Shown: piece by piece, positions 39,760-51,974 of the stretch
How positions within the stretch are numbered: position 1 is the stretch's first letter
Layout of the letters: each line of letters starts with the position of its first letter
Source: Octopus sinensis
Taxonomy: Eukaryota
Assembly: GCF_006345805.1 (NCBI RefSeq)
Contig: NC_043010.1
Coordinates: 10,540,001 to 10,604,000 of the forward strand
DNA length: 64,000 nt
Direction: 5' to 3'
Translations under genes and position numbers: made by a program
Notes under the pieces: generated by a model
What the model was told of the DNA's origin: nothing
The model's input: only the letters and a program-made list of their open reading frames with translations
The model's database searches: none

Positions 39760-40050
39760 AATATGTATATGTGTGTGTGTGTGTATGTATATATATGTAT
39801 GCATGTATGTATATAACATATATGTATGTACATATGTGTGTGTGTATATGTATATATATATGTATATATATATATATTATATATATATATTTATATGTAT
39901 ATATATATATATGTGTATGTATACGTATATGTATATATATTTATATTTACATATATGTGTGTGAGTGTTTGTGTGTGTGTGTTTGTGTGTGTGCATTATG
40001 TATTTATATATACATATATACATATTCATACATACATGTATGTATGTATG

Positions 40051-40084
<34 letters not shown>

Positions 40085-40190
40085 TGTATGTATGTATGTA
40101 TGTATGTATGTATGTATGTATGTATGCATGCATGCATGTATGTATGTATGTATGCATGTGTGTATATATGTATGTATCTATGTATGCATT
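39760..40190. repeat. (TA)/(TG)/(TATG)n compound microsatellite
   Basis: Direct reading. Confidence 0.95.
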
Positions 40191-40470
40191 CAGATTTGAA
40201 TGTTTTGCTTTATGTATGTGTTCTCATGCATATAACTACATATCTAGACATGCTCATATATACTTAAATGATAAACCTTTGTAAAGTTTTACAGACTTTC
40301 ACGTATATCGTCATCATTTCTCATCCAATTTTTCATGCTGTTATCAGAATAAATCAGTTTTTAATGGGGGTCACTGACCACCTAGACATGCTCTTTCAGT
40401 TTAGCATTTTTTCTCAGTGGCTGGATGCCCTTTCTATCAATGACCACCATACTGAAGGTATGTTTGTGAA

Positions 40471-40692
40471 CTGGCAGAAACGTTAGCACGCCGGGCGAAA
40501 TGTTTAGCGATATTTCGTCTGTCCACTAGGTTTTGAGTTCAAATTCCGCCGAGGTTGACTTTGCCTGTCATCCTTTCGGGGTCGATTAAATAAGTACCAG
40601 TTACGCACTGGGGTCGATATAATCGATTTAATCCGTTTGTCTGTCCTTGTTTGTCCTCTCTGTGGTTAGCCCCTTGTGGGTTGTAAAGAAAT
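40471..40692 (+). mobile_element. SINE family D, slightly 5'-truncated
   Basis: 15-bp TSD AGGTATGTTTGTGAA at 40456-40470 and 40693-40707. Confidence 0.9.
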
Positions 40693-41344
40693 AGGTATGT
40701 TTGTGAATTATTATTGCACCAGCACCAGAATGATTGCCATGTTCCACCACATGATTCCTTTCTCTTCAACATTGTCCAGATGTTTCATAGAATGAAGCCC
40801 CAAAATGTGTTTTATCACAAGGTCAGATTTGGAGAATTCCTTTTGCCTCTGCTAAGACTAAATAAAGGGTCATCTTTACCCTATATTATCTCCATTTGTT
40901 TGTTCATTAGCAGCAAAGTGTGGGCTTGGCTTTTGGCACATAGAAGAGGGAGCAATTAATGAGAACCAGCAGAAGCAAGTTAGAGAGAGAGGGGGGGAGA
41001 TGGGCAGCTAGCAGATAATTATAATTGTTGGTAACAGTTTGATTTGAAACAGTCTAAGTGATGGGATAGAAAGGAAACAAAGTGACAGAAGAGGAAATAT
41101 TTGAAGTGTAATAGTGCCATGAGAGAGGGAGAGAGTGAGATAGAGAGCGATAGAGAGTGTATGCTAAAAAAGATGAAGAGAGAGAGAGGGAGATAGGGTG
41201 TATACCAAAAGAGAATAGAGAGAAAGAAAAAAAGAGAGAGAGAAAGAGTAAGAGACAGTGTGATAGATGTCAGCATTGAGTAATACAGAAGGGAATAATG
41301 GAAACAAGAGAAATGAATGTAGGTTGGTGCTGGTAACTCAGTAA

Positions 41345-41755
41345 GAGCAGGAGTGGCTGTGTGGTAAGTAGCTTGTTTACCAACCACATGGTTCTGGGTT
41401 CAGTCCCACTGCGTGGCATCTTGGGCAAGTGTCTTCTGCTATAGCCTCGGGCCAACCAAAACCTTGTGAGTGGATTTGGTAGACGGAAACTGAAAAGAAG
41501 CCCGTCGTATATATGTATATGTATATGCGTGTGTGTGTTTGAGTGTCTGTGTTTGTCCCCCTAGCTTGGCTTGACAACCGATGTTGGTGTGTTTATGTCC
41601 CCGTCACTTAGCGGTTCGGCAAAAGAGACCGATAGAATAAATACTGGGCTTACAAAAAGAATAAGTCCCGGGGTCGAGTTGCTTGATTAAAGGTGGTGCT
41701 CCAGCATGGCTGCAGTCAGATGACTGAAACAAGTAAAATAGTAAAAGAGTAAGAG
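41345..41755 (+). mobile_element. SINE family B
   Basis: Matches family B. Confidence 0.85.
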
Positions 41756-42063
41756 TGATAGATGTCACTATGCAATGTTGAAGGGAGGTAGACAGCTGAG
41801 GGGGGGGTCATCCTTTCACAAGCAATAAAACCCTTAGTTAGAGGCAAAAAATAGTCTTTGGTCACTTTGGTCTTTCTTTGTTACTGCATGTTTAACTATA
41901 GATACCAAAAGGGTGGATTCTCTGTCACACATGCATACAAGATACAAGCAATGTGCTACAATAGGCTTATGATGTGCAGACGTCTCAAATGAGTCAGCTA
42001 TCATCTGACAAAATAAAGCACACTTCATACTAATATATTCCTACACAAATATATATATATATA

Positions 42064-42480
42064 TATTTCTTTACTACCCACAAGGGGCTAAACATAGAGG
42101 GGACAAACAAGGACAGACAAAGGGATTAAGTCGATTACATCGACACCAGTGCGAAACTGGTACTTTTATTTATCGACCCCAAAAGGATGAAAGGCAAAGT
42201 CGACCTCGGCGGAATTTGAACTCAGAACGCAGCGGCAGACAAAATACCTATTTCTTTACTACCCACAAAGGACTAAACACAGAGAGGACAAACAATGACA
42301 GACAAAGGGATTAAGTCGATTATATCAACCCCAGTGCGTAATTGGTACTTTTATTTATCGACCCCGAAAGGATGAAAGGCTAAGTCGGCCTCGGCAGAAT
42401 TTGAACTCAGAATGTAACGACAGACGAAATATTGCTACGAATTTCACCCGGCGTGCTAACGTTTCTACCAGCTCACCGCC
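42064..42480 (-). mobile_element. SINE family D dimer (one head plus a duplicated 185-bp 3' unit)
   Basis: The junction at 42244-42257 reads AAAGAAATA-GGTATTTTGTCTGCC on the minus strand. Confidence 0.88.
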
Positions 42481-42669
42481 TGTATATATATGTTTGTCTG
42501 TCTCTCTCCCTCTCCACTCACACACACACACGCACACACACACACACACATATATACACACAAAAGCACATGTGTTTGTGTGGAATGTTCAATCCCCCGC
42601 ACACTGATTCAATGAGCAGGTAATTCAGTTGATTGAACAACTGAATCCTTGTTGAAACCAACTGGAAAC

Positions 42670-43100
42670 TATCTACATACACACACACACACACACACAT
42701 ACATAGATAGATAAATAGATAGATAGATATGTATGTATATATATATATGCAGTGTATATGTAAGTATATATATATATGCAGTGTATATGTATGTATATAC
42801 ACATACATTTACATATACACATATACATATAAATGCATGTGTATGCACATATATATGCACGTATCTATACATATATACATATATATAATGTGTATGTATA
42901 TATATACATGCATATATATATATATATATAATATATATAGATATATAATATACATATATATATATATAATATATATATGTGTATATATATACATGCATAT
43001 ATATATATATATAATATATATATACATATACACACACACATATATATATATTTATATGTACTTATATATATACATGTATGTATGCTCACACACATACACA
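42670..43100. repeat. (TA)/(CA)/(GATA) compound microsatellite
   Basis: Direct reading. Confidence 0.95.
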
Positions 43101-43861
43101 TACTTACATAGGTTTCTTTTGTTTTTGCTTTTGCTTTTGCTTTTTTTCCCCTCCCATTCTGGGCACACACTAAATTTTTTAATTCATGATTCCCAAAAGC
43201 AATGAATGTGATGAAGTCATCTCAAATGTTGAACTTCAAGAACCGTTTATACTTCTATATTTTTCACTGGAATTTAATTTCACTCCAGATTCATTGTTTA
43301 CTTTTGGCATCACGCCGCATTACATTCATCATAATTTTACCATTATTCCTACTTGCTCACTGATCCATTCTTCTATACAGCAATTTCCAAATTCAAATAA
43401 CTATTATATAAAAATCTATTTTTTTCTTTAATCACTTACGCTATTTTTCATTTTTAATGCTTTTAATGTTTCTTTTTTTCCTCTCTTTTTTTTTTTAATA
43501 TTTATTTCATTCTTATTATATTGTCTATCATATAATTCCATGCAATATACCAGCCTGCCCTTTGCTATCTAATTTTACACAAATATAATTTTTCATTTCT
43601 TTTGCTTGTCTTACAAGATGTTTTTGCATTGTGTATTGAATAAAACATACTTATTATGCTCGACCAATTGAATTAAGAATAATAATTTCAGTTGCAGAAA
43701 AAAAACGTTTCTGAAATATTCCACAATATTCTAAAAATTTATATCATTTTCACAGTGAGGAAATTGTTAAGAGTGTGTTCATATTTTAAAATTCCTATAT
43801 CTTCTTCATATCTATAACTATCACTCACAAGTGAGTATGACCTGGTGGTATGCACCATGCT

Positions 43862-44462
43862 AAGGCGGCAAGCTGGCAGAATTGTTAGCACACCGGGCGA
43901 AATGCTTAGCAGTATTTCGTCTGCCGTTATGTTCTGAATTCAAATTCCGCTGAGGTCGACTTTGCCTTTCATCCTTTCGGGGTCGATAAATTAAGTATCA
44001 GTTACACACTGGGGTCGATATAATCGACTTAATACGTTTGTCTGTCCTTGTTTGTCCCCTCTGTGTTTAGCCCGTTGTGGGTAGTAAAGAAATAGGTATT
44101 TCGTCTGCCGTTACGTTCTGAGTTCAAATTCCGCTGAGGTCAACTTTGCCTTTCATCCTTTCGGGGTCGATAAATTAAGTATCAGTTACGCACTGGGGTC
44201 GATGTAATCGACTTAATACCTATGTCTGTCCTTGTTTGTCCCCTCTGTGTTTAGCCCCTTGTGGGTAATAAAGAAATAGGTATTTCGTCTGCCGTTATGT
44301 TCTGAGTTCAAATTCCGCTGAGGTCAACTTTGCCTTTCATCCTTTCGGGGTCGATAAATTAAGTACCAGTTACGCACTGGGGTCGATATAATCGACTTAA
44401 TCCGTTTGTCTGTCCTTGTTTGTCCCCTCTGTGTTTAGCCCCTTGTGGGTAGTAAAGAAATA
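43862..44462 (+). mobile_element. SINE family D trimer (one head plus three 184-bp units) within one TSD
   Basis: TATTTCGTCTGCC at 43913, 44097, 44281. 15-bp TSD GGTATGCACCATGCT at 43847-43861 and 44463-44477. Confidence 0.92.
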
Positions 44463-44600
44463 GGTATGCACCATGCTTTCATTATTTGTTTTAGATGTCT
44501 ATGTAGTCACGAGCAGGCATAGATGCACTCCTGGGCCTTCCAGTAAAACTTTGAGATGTGATAAATGCAGAAAAAGAGAGGGGAGAGAGGGGGAGAGAGG

Positions 44601-44636
<36 letters not shown>

Positions 44637-44649
44637 TGCTTACAAATGC

Positions 44650-45179
44650 TGGTACTCATTTACAGCTGATTAGACTGGAATACCATGAAATGAGTTGCCT
44701 TGCTCTTGGACATAACAAGCTATCTAGTCCAGGAATTTAATGAGTGAGAGGGAGAGCAAGAGAGAGAGAGAGAGAGAGCATGTGTGTGTGTGTGGAGAGG
44801 AAGAGAGACAGACAAACATATATATATGCTGAAAGTGATGGAAGAGTGCAAGAGAGAGCATGATAGGTGTCAACGTTTGAGTAATACAGGAGGGAATATT
44901 GCAAACATGAAATGAGTTGCCTTGCTCTGGGACATAACATGCTGTCTGCTCCAGGAATCAAGGGAGATAGACAGACAGAGGGTATATGCCAAAAGAGATG
45001 AGAGAGCAAAGAGAGGGGGAGAGAGGGGGAGAGAGAGGGCTGGGGCGTAAGCTGAAAGAGATGAGAGAGAACAAGGGAGATAAGGTGATAGGTGTCAACA
45101 GGATGGATAAGGCAAACATGAAACAAGTTGCCCTGGTCTACGACGTAACATGCTTGTCTGCTCCAGGAATCAAGAGAGA

Positions 45180-45224
<45 letters not shown>

Positions 45225-45680
45225 TGGTATATGCCAAAAGAGATGAGAGAGAGAATGAGAGGAGAGAGAGAGAGGGCTGGGCATATACATATACATATGA
45301 AACAGGTAAGAACAAATATGCAAGGCTTTTTTTTCTTCAACTTTAAAACTAGACACTGCTGGCATAATTTCGTTATATCTATACCCCACAACCCACGGAA
45401 ATACCTTTAGTGAAGTGTCTTGATGTTGTCGAGCTATATCGAAAGAACGCCCAAATTATAATCTAAATAGAAACGTTATGACAGATCATAGAATACAATA
45501 AATCACCAAGTTCTTCCGTAATAACTCAGCAAAATTTGAAATGACCAACTCGTCAGCACTATGAGATGAGAGAGAGAGAGCAGAGAGATAGTGTGATAGG
45601 TTTCAACAGGAGGGGATAAGGCAAACATGAAACAAGTTGCCCTGCTGTACGACATAACATGCTGTCTGCTCCAGGATTGA
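44650..45680. repeat. Composite array: core of about 55-90 bp repeated 4 times, with GA-rich spacers
   Basis: CATGAAA(T/C)(G/A)AGTTGCC...GAC(A/G)TAACA...CCAGGA starting at about 44684, 44906, 45117, 45626. Confidence 0.8.
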
Positions 45681-46400
45681 ATCCATTCCTTTTTGAACTT
45701 GGGCTCAACACTCTAACCACTCACCAGAAATGCAATGCAAAATATAAGATTCAACACAGAGAAAATTAGAATTAATGATATTCATTCTTTTGTTTGTAAG
45801 CAGGCTCTTGAGATTTAAATCAAACAAATTGCCTTTCGTTAGAAACAGATGGAAGTGAGGTAAATTTGCCATAAGCTTCTGTCTGTTCATAATTTTGCTT
45901 TACCCAACCAAAACTTCTCTCATCTAATGTAGTATGTAATATTCCTTTATTCCTTTATTCCTTTACTCCTTATTCTTTTATTCCTTAACTTAACCAGTTG
46001 TTGGATTGAAACCATGCTGGAACTCTGCATTGAAGGGTTTAGCCAATTAAATCAACGACTGTATTTATCTTTTGAAGTCAGGTGCTTGTTTTGCTGTTCT
46101 CTTTTCTTGAATATCTAAGTTATAGGGATGTTATCAAAACAACACCAGTTGTCAAGTGATGTGCGAGGCAAACACAAAGATATGCATACTCACACACACA
46201 TATATACATGCAAACATATGCACAGACATATATATATACATATTCATATATGAGTATGTGTGTGTGTTTGTGCGTGCATATATATATATGACTGGCTTCC
46301 ACGCAGTTTCCTTCTACCAGATTCACTCACAAGGTATTGTATGACCTGGAGCAATAATAAAATAATTATTTCATATATATATATGTATATATATATATAC

Positions 46401-46437
<37 letters not shown>

Positions 46438-46517
46438 CTATATATATTATATTATATATATATATATACATATATATATACACACACATATATACACACA
46501 CACATATATATATACAT

Positions 46518-46710
46518 TGTGACCGCGTGTGTACCTTGGCGATTTTTTTTCCTCTGTCTTCCTTCTCTGGATCTTTCCTTCTCCTATGTTTCCGACGAAG
46601 AGCTCTGCTCGAAATGTTAAACCCTCCTTCTTTCCTGAGCATCCAATAATACTATATTTGTTCCACGTCCTTGCGTTGTTGTGCTTTTTTGTGCTTTCTT
46701 GTTTGGATTA

Positions 46711-46714
<4 letters not shown>
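46518..46714 (+). mobile_element. Hammerhead-bearing small element (same family as 36211-36566), monomer in (TA)n
   Basis: Fold at 46588-46622: GTTT-CCGACGA-A-GAGC-TCT-GCTC-GAAAT-GTT-AAAC. Confidence 0.75.
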
Positions 46715-46796
<82 letters not shown>

Positions 46797-46847
46797 TATA
46801 CATATATATATACACATACAGACACAGACACACACATATACACACAC

Positions 46848-46880
<33 letters not shown>

Positions 46881-47123
46881 ATATTATATATATATACATA
46901 TATATATCCTCACCATCATCATGTAATGTCCATTTTCGATGTTGGTATGAGTTAGAAAGTTTGACAGGAGCTGGCAAGCTTGAGAGCTACACCAGGTTCT
47001 AATTGTCTGCTTTGGCATGGTTTCTATGGCTAGTCATCTGTATGGATAATGTATCAGGTTGTGCCATACCTAACGAATGGTGAAGCAAAGGTGTATGTGA
47101 TGCTTTAGCTAGAATTACGAGTC

Positions 47124-47327
47124 TAGGACATTTGTTCCCCTCATGGACAATAACTCCCCCTAGGACAATTTTCCATGAGGACAACAGATGATCATTTAAA
47201 ACTTCTTAATATATTGGAGAGAGGGTAATTAAACAAGTGGGGGGTGGGGTAATTGTCCTACTGAGTAGTTGTCGTCAGTGGGAATTGTCCTATAATGAGA
47301 AATTGTCTTCAGTGGGTAATTGTCCTG
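47124..47327. mobile_element. Possible MITE/Helentron-like remnant with mirrored subterminal motifs
   Basis: GGACAA(TT) 3-4 times on the left; (AA)TTGTCC 4-5 times on the right. Confidence 0.45.
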
Positions 47328-47364
47328 ATATGAGAATTAGAGAAATATCAAGTGACTGGGCCAA

Positions 47365-48005
47365 GTCATTAAAATAATACAGAGAATGTTACAACCGAAT
47401 TAATTAGAAACAGAATAAGATTTGATGAGACGCAATTTGGTTTTGTGCTGAGAAGAAGTACTACTGATGCTCTTTTGTTTATGAGACAGTAGCATGAAAA
47501 GTATTTAGCATTTGTTGACTTGGAGAAAGCCTTTGACAGAGACCTCGTTTCATGATCTGATATTGTTAGGAAGGAGTTAACCATAATTACAGCAACGAAT
47601 TTAGTGTACATGTAGGATTCACCAAGGTTCACTTCTCAGTCCCCTCTTTTTCGTCATTGTTCTCCAGACTTCAACAGTGAAATTTAAGACAAACTGTCCA
47701 TGGGAAAATGATCTCATTTTCATGCTGAACTCTATGAATTAGAAAAGAAATTCTGAGTCTGTAAATAAAATCCGAAATCAAAGGACCTTGAAGTTAACTT
47801 AGCAAAGATCCAAGTTCCAGTCAGAAGGAAAACAGTCAGGATTCTACTCATCCCGGGTAAATAGGCCTGCTTGAAAGATATAGGCAAGAATTCCATTTGG
47901 CATACCCATTGCAAACTCTGGACATGCAAGAAATGCAGTAGAATTACAGGAAGTTTAATGGGAAAAGAAGTATTTTTATGTGGAAGATGTACAGGAGCCA
48001 AAGTT
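47365..48005 (+). pseudogene. RTE-clade LINE RT fragment, decayed
   Basis: QFGFVLRRSTTDALLFMRQ*HEK..AFVDLEKAFDR; HQGSLLSPL; KFKTNCPW. Confidence 0.85.
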
Positions 48006-48803
48006 TACTTGTTACCTTTTTAGGGTCAACGAAATACTCCAACACAGTACTTGTGCAGATTTCTTCCCCCACCGCTTAGTTGTCTCATCCTGGGTGTTTT
48101 ACTAAGTCTGTTTTTGACAATATGTATCTGTTTTTGACAATATGGGCACCGAAAACTATAAGCAAAAATGATAGCTACATTCTGATATCAAATCATTCTT
48201 GACTGCAAAGCCACAGCCATAAATTCCTCCTTTCTTCTTTTCATCATAGATACTCCTAAAAAAATGGATAGAATGGTCACACGGCTGATGTTATTAATCA
48301 CAAATCTGCTCAGTCAGAGCGAATGTGGAACTAAAAACTACAACGACAACAACAGCTGCAACAACAAAATTGATTAGCTATATAACTAGGCATTAAAATA
48401 GAAGGTTGAGTTATTTGGTGCTGACCTTTGATCTAGAGTAATATGTGTGTATGCATGTGTGTGTGTGTGTATGTGTGTGTGTATGTGTGTGTGTGTGTGT
48501 ATGTGTGTGTGTGTATGTGTGTGTATGTGTGTGTGTGTATGTGTGTGTGTGTGTGTGTGTCATTGTTGTTGTTGTTGTTGTTGTTATGCAGCAGTTCTAA
48601 CTTGCTGCAGTTGTTTAAAAAAGAACATCAATAACATTAGTTGCATTAGTCTTAGATGTCCTGTGAAGACCATGGCCATAGACATCTCCCTCCAGACCAG
48701 GCCTGACTATTAAAAAAAAAATCTTTTCTTTTAAATTATGAATATATCACACAATCTTGTTTATTCTCTCTGTGATTCTAATGTTTTGTGAATATTTAAG
48801 AAA

Positions 48804-48834
<31 letters not shown>

Positions 48835-49513
48835 AAAAAAAAAAGTAATAATAATAAAACTAAACTACCACCATACCAATTACTGCATATTGTTCACAAC
48901 ATAATTTTTTTTTTATGGCAGGCTATAAATGTATGTGCGTGTGTGTGTGTGTGTATGCGTATGCATGTATGTATGTGTGTATGCGTGTGAATGAGTACAT
49001 ACATACATTCATAAATACATACATACATACATTAATAAATACATACATACATACATACATACATCTATATGTGTGTTTATATATGTGTGTGTGTGTGTGT
49101 GTGTGTACATATATATGCTTATGTGTATACATGTACATCAATATATTGTTATGTATATGTGTGTGAGTGTGATATATCTAATATCATATATATATATAGA
49201 TATATATCATGTATCACGCAAGCCTTATGTGATATTGTTTATAATTATTTGTCCATATATTGAAGGCAAATAAATGACTCTGGAAATGAAGAAAAGATGA
49301 AAGAGAACATGCAAGAGGCAGAAGAATGAAATAAATAATATCAGGAATCTGATTGGAAGAATGAAAGAGAGAATTCTTATGAAATGTAATGATGTATATC
49401 TGTGTATGAAAGACAATAGAGCCAGGGAGGTCGGAGAGAGAGAGACAGAAACACAAAGAGGGAGAAAGAAAGGAGAAAGAGAGAGAAAAAAGGAGAAAGA
49501 GAGAGACTGAAAG

Positions 49514-49544
<31 letters not shown>

Positions 49545-49568
49545 ATATATATAAAGACATCTCAAAGA

Positions 49569-51974
49569 TCAAAGAGATTCTGTATTTACCTGACTTGCTG
49601 AAGGAAGATTTCTGCTGAGATTTGAAGACTTCCATTGTTTGTTGAATTCAGCTTCCGGGACAAGTTGACTTTCCAAATCTACAAGCTGCATGTTTTTATG
49701 TTTGATGTCATCAGGGTTCTTTGTTATAATGACGAGGTTGTTTGTTTGTGATATCAAATGTCTCATTTCCCTCCAAGGCTGGATTGATGCATTCAATGAG
49801 GGGCTGTTTGTTAGATTCCGTTGATTATTGTGCCGAACTATACATATTGTAATAAATACGACTATAGATATCGACACAACAACAGCAATAACAACAATAA
49901 TTATCACAATGTTTATATCTAGCATACTTCCAGATTTGGAATGTGAACCAGTAAACAAGACAGATGTTGTATTGCTAACAGTCAGAGTTAAAGACAATCT
50001 AGTGGTAGCCGACAAAACTGGTGTACCACTGTCTTTGACAGCTACTTTTATATCATATGACCCAGCGTCGTTTTGGTAAACTGTACGTGAAAAAGATAAA
50101 ACCCCCGTATAAGGATTAACTGTAAATAATTGTTTCTCATTGCCTCCAAGTATTTCATACCTGAGGAAGGCATTAACATGACTGTCTCTATCAGAGGCTC
50201 TTAGGGTTGTGATGTCACTTTTGCTCTGCGGATGGTAGTGGACATCTAGATTGAAAGGGTTAACGCTAGGAAATGTAAAATAGGGGGCATTGTCGTTTTG
50301 ATCAATAACCTCAACAATAACTTCCCCAATACTTTCAAGTTTAGGTATTCCGTTGTCTTTAACCTTGACTTGGAAATTATAAACATTCTGCAATTCATGA
50401 TCGACAGACTGGTTTGTGGATACAAATCCGTAGCTTGTAATCTGGAATGGAAGTCTGTATTTATTGTTAGCTAACAAAGAAAATGTCAGCTGGCCTCCAA
50501 GCCCAAGATCGGAGTCTGTGGCATTGATAAAACCTACAGGGAAATAAGGTTTTTCATTCTCATAAATTAAAAACTTAAATACATTCTTTGTAAACTTTGG
50601 TTGCACATCATTCACATCCATTACTTCAATGGAGTATTTCCGTACAATTTCTAATGGGGGAGTTCCGTTGTCTTGACATTCTATGGTAATAGTATAATGA
50701 TCTTTTGTCTCACGGTCAACTGGATTTTTCAAAATAATTTTGTATTCCTTTGAGCCCAACATTAGAAGCTGGAATTTATTGTGTTGAAGTTCACATGATA
50801 CTTCTCCATTTGAACCAGCATCATTATCAATCAGCATAACATATGCAATGAAACTACCAACTTCAGTATCTTCTGAAATGGCTGCTGAGCTCTCACTGAG
50901 AGGAGTCAGAAAATTTACATTGATAGTTGGGTAATTGTTTTGTTGGTTAATTACATTTATAAGAACCAAAGCAGCCGAGCTTAACGGAGGCGTTCCTTTA
51001 TCACTTGCTCTCACAAATAATTCATTGACTTGCTTTTCGAGAGATGCAAAAGTTTCTTTCAAAAATATTTCTCCCGTCTCTTCATTTAACATAAAATGTC
51101 TTTTAGCCGATTCCGATGTTTTTGAACTGAAATAGTAGGAAACTTTACCATTTTCATTAGAATCTAAATCACTGGCAGACAAAACAGCAATTGGAGACAG
51201 CAGACTTTCATCATTCTGAATTGAAATATTATAAACAACTTGAGAGAAAACGGGAGCATTATCATTAACATCGGTCACGGATATATGAACCAGTAAAATT
51301 CCTTGCTTCGAAGGCGTACCTTCGTCTTTTGCAATTATTTTAATCACATACATTTCCTGTTTTTCTCTGTCTAGTTTTTCTTTCAAATATATTCCCAATT
51401 CTGAATTTCCATCAAGACTTTTCGAGACTGACAGTGCAAATGGTTTGTTTTGGTTTTCTTGAAGCTCATAGGTTATTTCTGAATTGCGAACGGTTATATC
51501 ATTATCAATAGCATTTGGGATAGATTTTTTCATTCCTTTCCAGTCACCTTCAGAAAACTGAAGATTTATTTGCTTGTCACTAAACTCTGGTGAGTGGTCA
51601 TTTATATCTTCAATTACTATTTTCAGTTTTAATATTTTCATAAACATCTTTGCTTGTCGAACAGCAACTTTCACAACCTTGAAACATTGTTTACCATAAG
51701 AACAAAGTGATTCAGCATCTAGTAATTGAGTAGTGTAAAGTTTCCCAGTTTTACTAACATTAAATAACTGAGTGTCGTCAGTTAATCTTTGTTTTATTAA
51801 ACTGAACCATATCAAACTATGGTCAGTCGAAGGCAAAGAATCAAATATTTTGCTGTCGGCAACGATGTTACCTACATAGGTGCCAGAATTCTGTTCTTCT
51901 TCAACGTGGTAAATTAAATCGATACAAAAGGTATATGAAGTAATGGACAGGATTAATAGTATTGGTGCCAACAT
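49569..51974 (-). CDS. Pcdh: Protocadherin (cephalopod clustered-type) large ectodomain exon: signal peptide, 6 cadherin repeats, TM helix, proximal cytoplasmic tail
   Basis: 801-codon ORF from ATG 51974 (the track start at 51980 is GTG). N-terminus MLAPILLILSITSYTFC then DLIYHVEEE. Linkers DINDHSPEF, DVNDNAPVF, NQQNNYPTI, DVNDVQPKF, DQNDNAPYF; LDAE/LDRE/VDRE/VDHE and DxD motifs; TM IVIIIVVIAVVVSISIVVFITICIV. Probably spliced at 49590 (CAG|GTAAAT), so the last 6 codons may be intronic. Symbol is family-level only. Confidence 0.96.
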   Translation of the reverse strand: MLAPILLILSITSYTFCIDLIYHVEEEQNSGTYVGNIVADSKIFDSLPSTDHSLIWFSLIKQRLTDDTQLFNVSKTGKLYTTQLLDAESLCSYGKQCFKVVKVAVRQAKMFMKILKLKIVIEDINDHSPEFSDKQINLQFSEGDWKGMKKSIPNAIDNDITVRNSEITYELQENQNKPFALSVSKSLDGNSELGIYLKEKLDREKQEMYVIKIIAKDEGTPSKQGILLVHISVTDVNDNAPVFSQVVYNISIQNDESLLSPIAVLSASDLDSNENGKVSYYFSSKTSESAKRHFMLNEETGEIFLKETFASLEKQVNELFVRASDKGTPPLSSAALVLINVINQQNNYPTINVNFLTPLSESSAAISEDTEVGSFIAYVMLIDNDAGSNGEVSCELQHNKFQLLMLGSKEYKIILKNPVDRETKDHYTITIECQDNGTPPLEIVRKYSIEVMDVNDVQPKFTKNVFKFLIYENEKPYFPVGFINATDSDLGLGGQLTFSLLANNKYRLPFQITSYGFVSTNQSVDHELQNVYNFQVKVKDNGIPKLESIGEVIVEVIDQNDNAPYFTFPSVNPFNLDVHYHPQSKSDITTLRASDRDSHVNAFLRYEILGGNEKQLFTVNPYTGVLSFSRTVYQNDAGSYDIKVAVKDSGTPVLSATTRLSLTLTVSNTTSVLFTGSHSKSGSMLDINIVIIIVVIAVVVSISIVVFITICIVRHNNQRNLTNSPSLNASIQPWREMRHLISQTNNLVIITKNPDDIKHKNMQLVDLESQLVPEAEFNKQWKSSNLSRNLPSASQVNTESL
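49584..49592 (-). promoter_or_regulatory. Putative phase-0 5' splice donor ending the protocadherin exon
   Basis: Minus strand reads ...GCA AGT CAG|GTAAAT, a consensus donor in frame after Gln795, 6 codons before the stop. Confidence 0.7.

Noticed and set aside
44650-45680. Repeat-spacer pattern resembling CRISPR
   Set aside because: Eukaryotic context, spacers are GA microsatellites of irregular length, and there are no cas genes.
48600-49400. Candidate Pcdh exon-2 acceptors near 49390 and 48707 (minus)
   Set aside because: AG plus pyrimidine tracts exist, but the phase-0 translations are low-complexity or short and resemble nothing I recognise; RNA data are needed.
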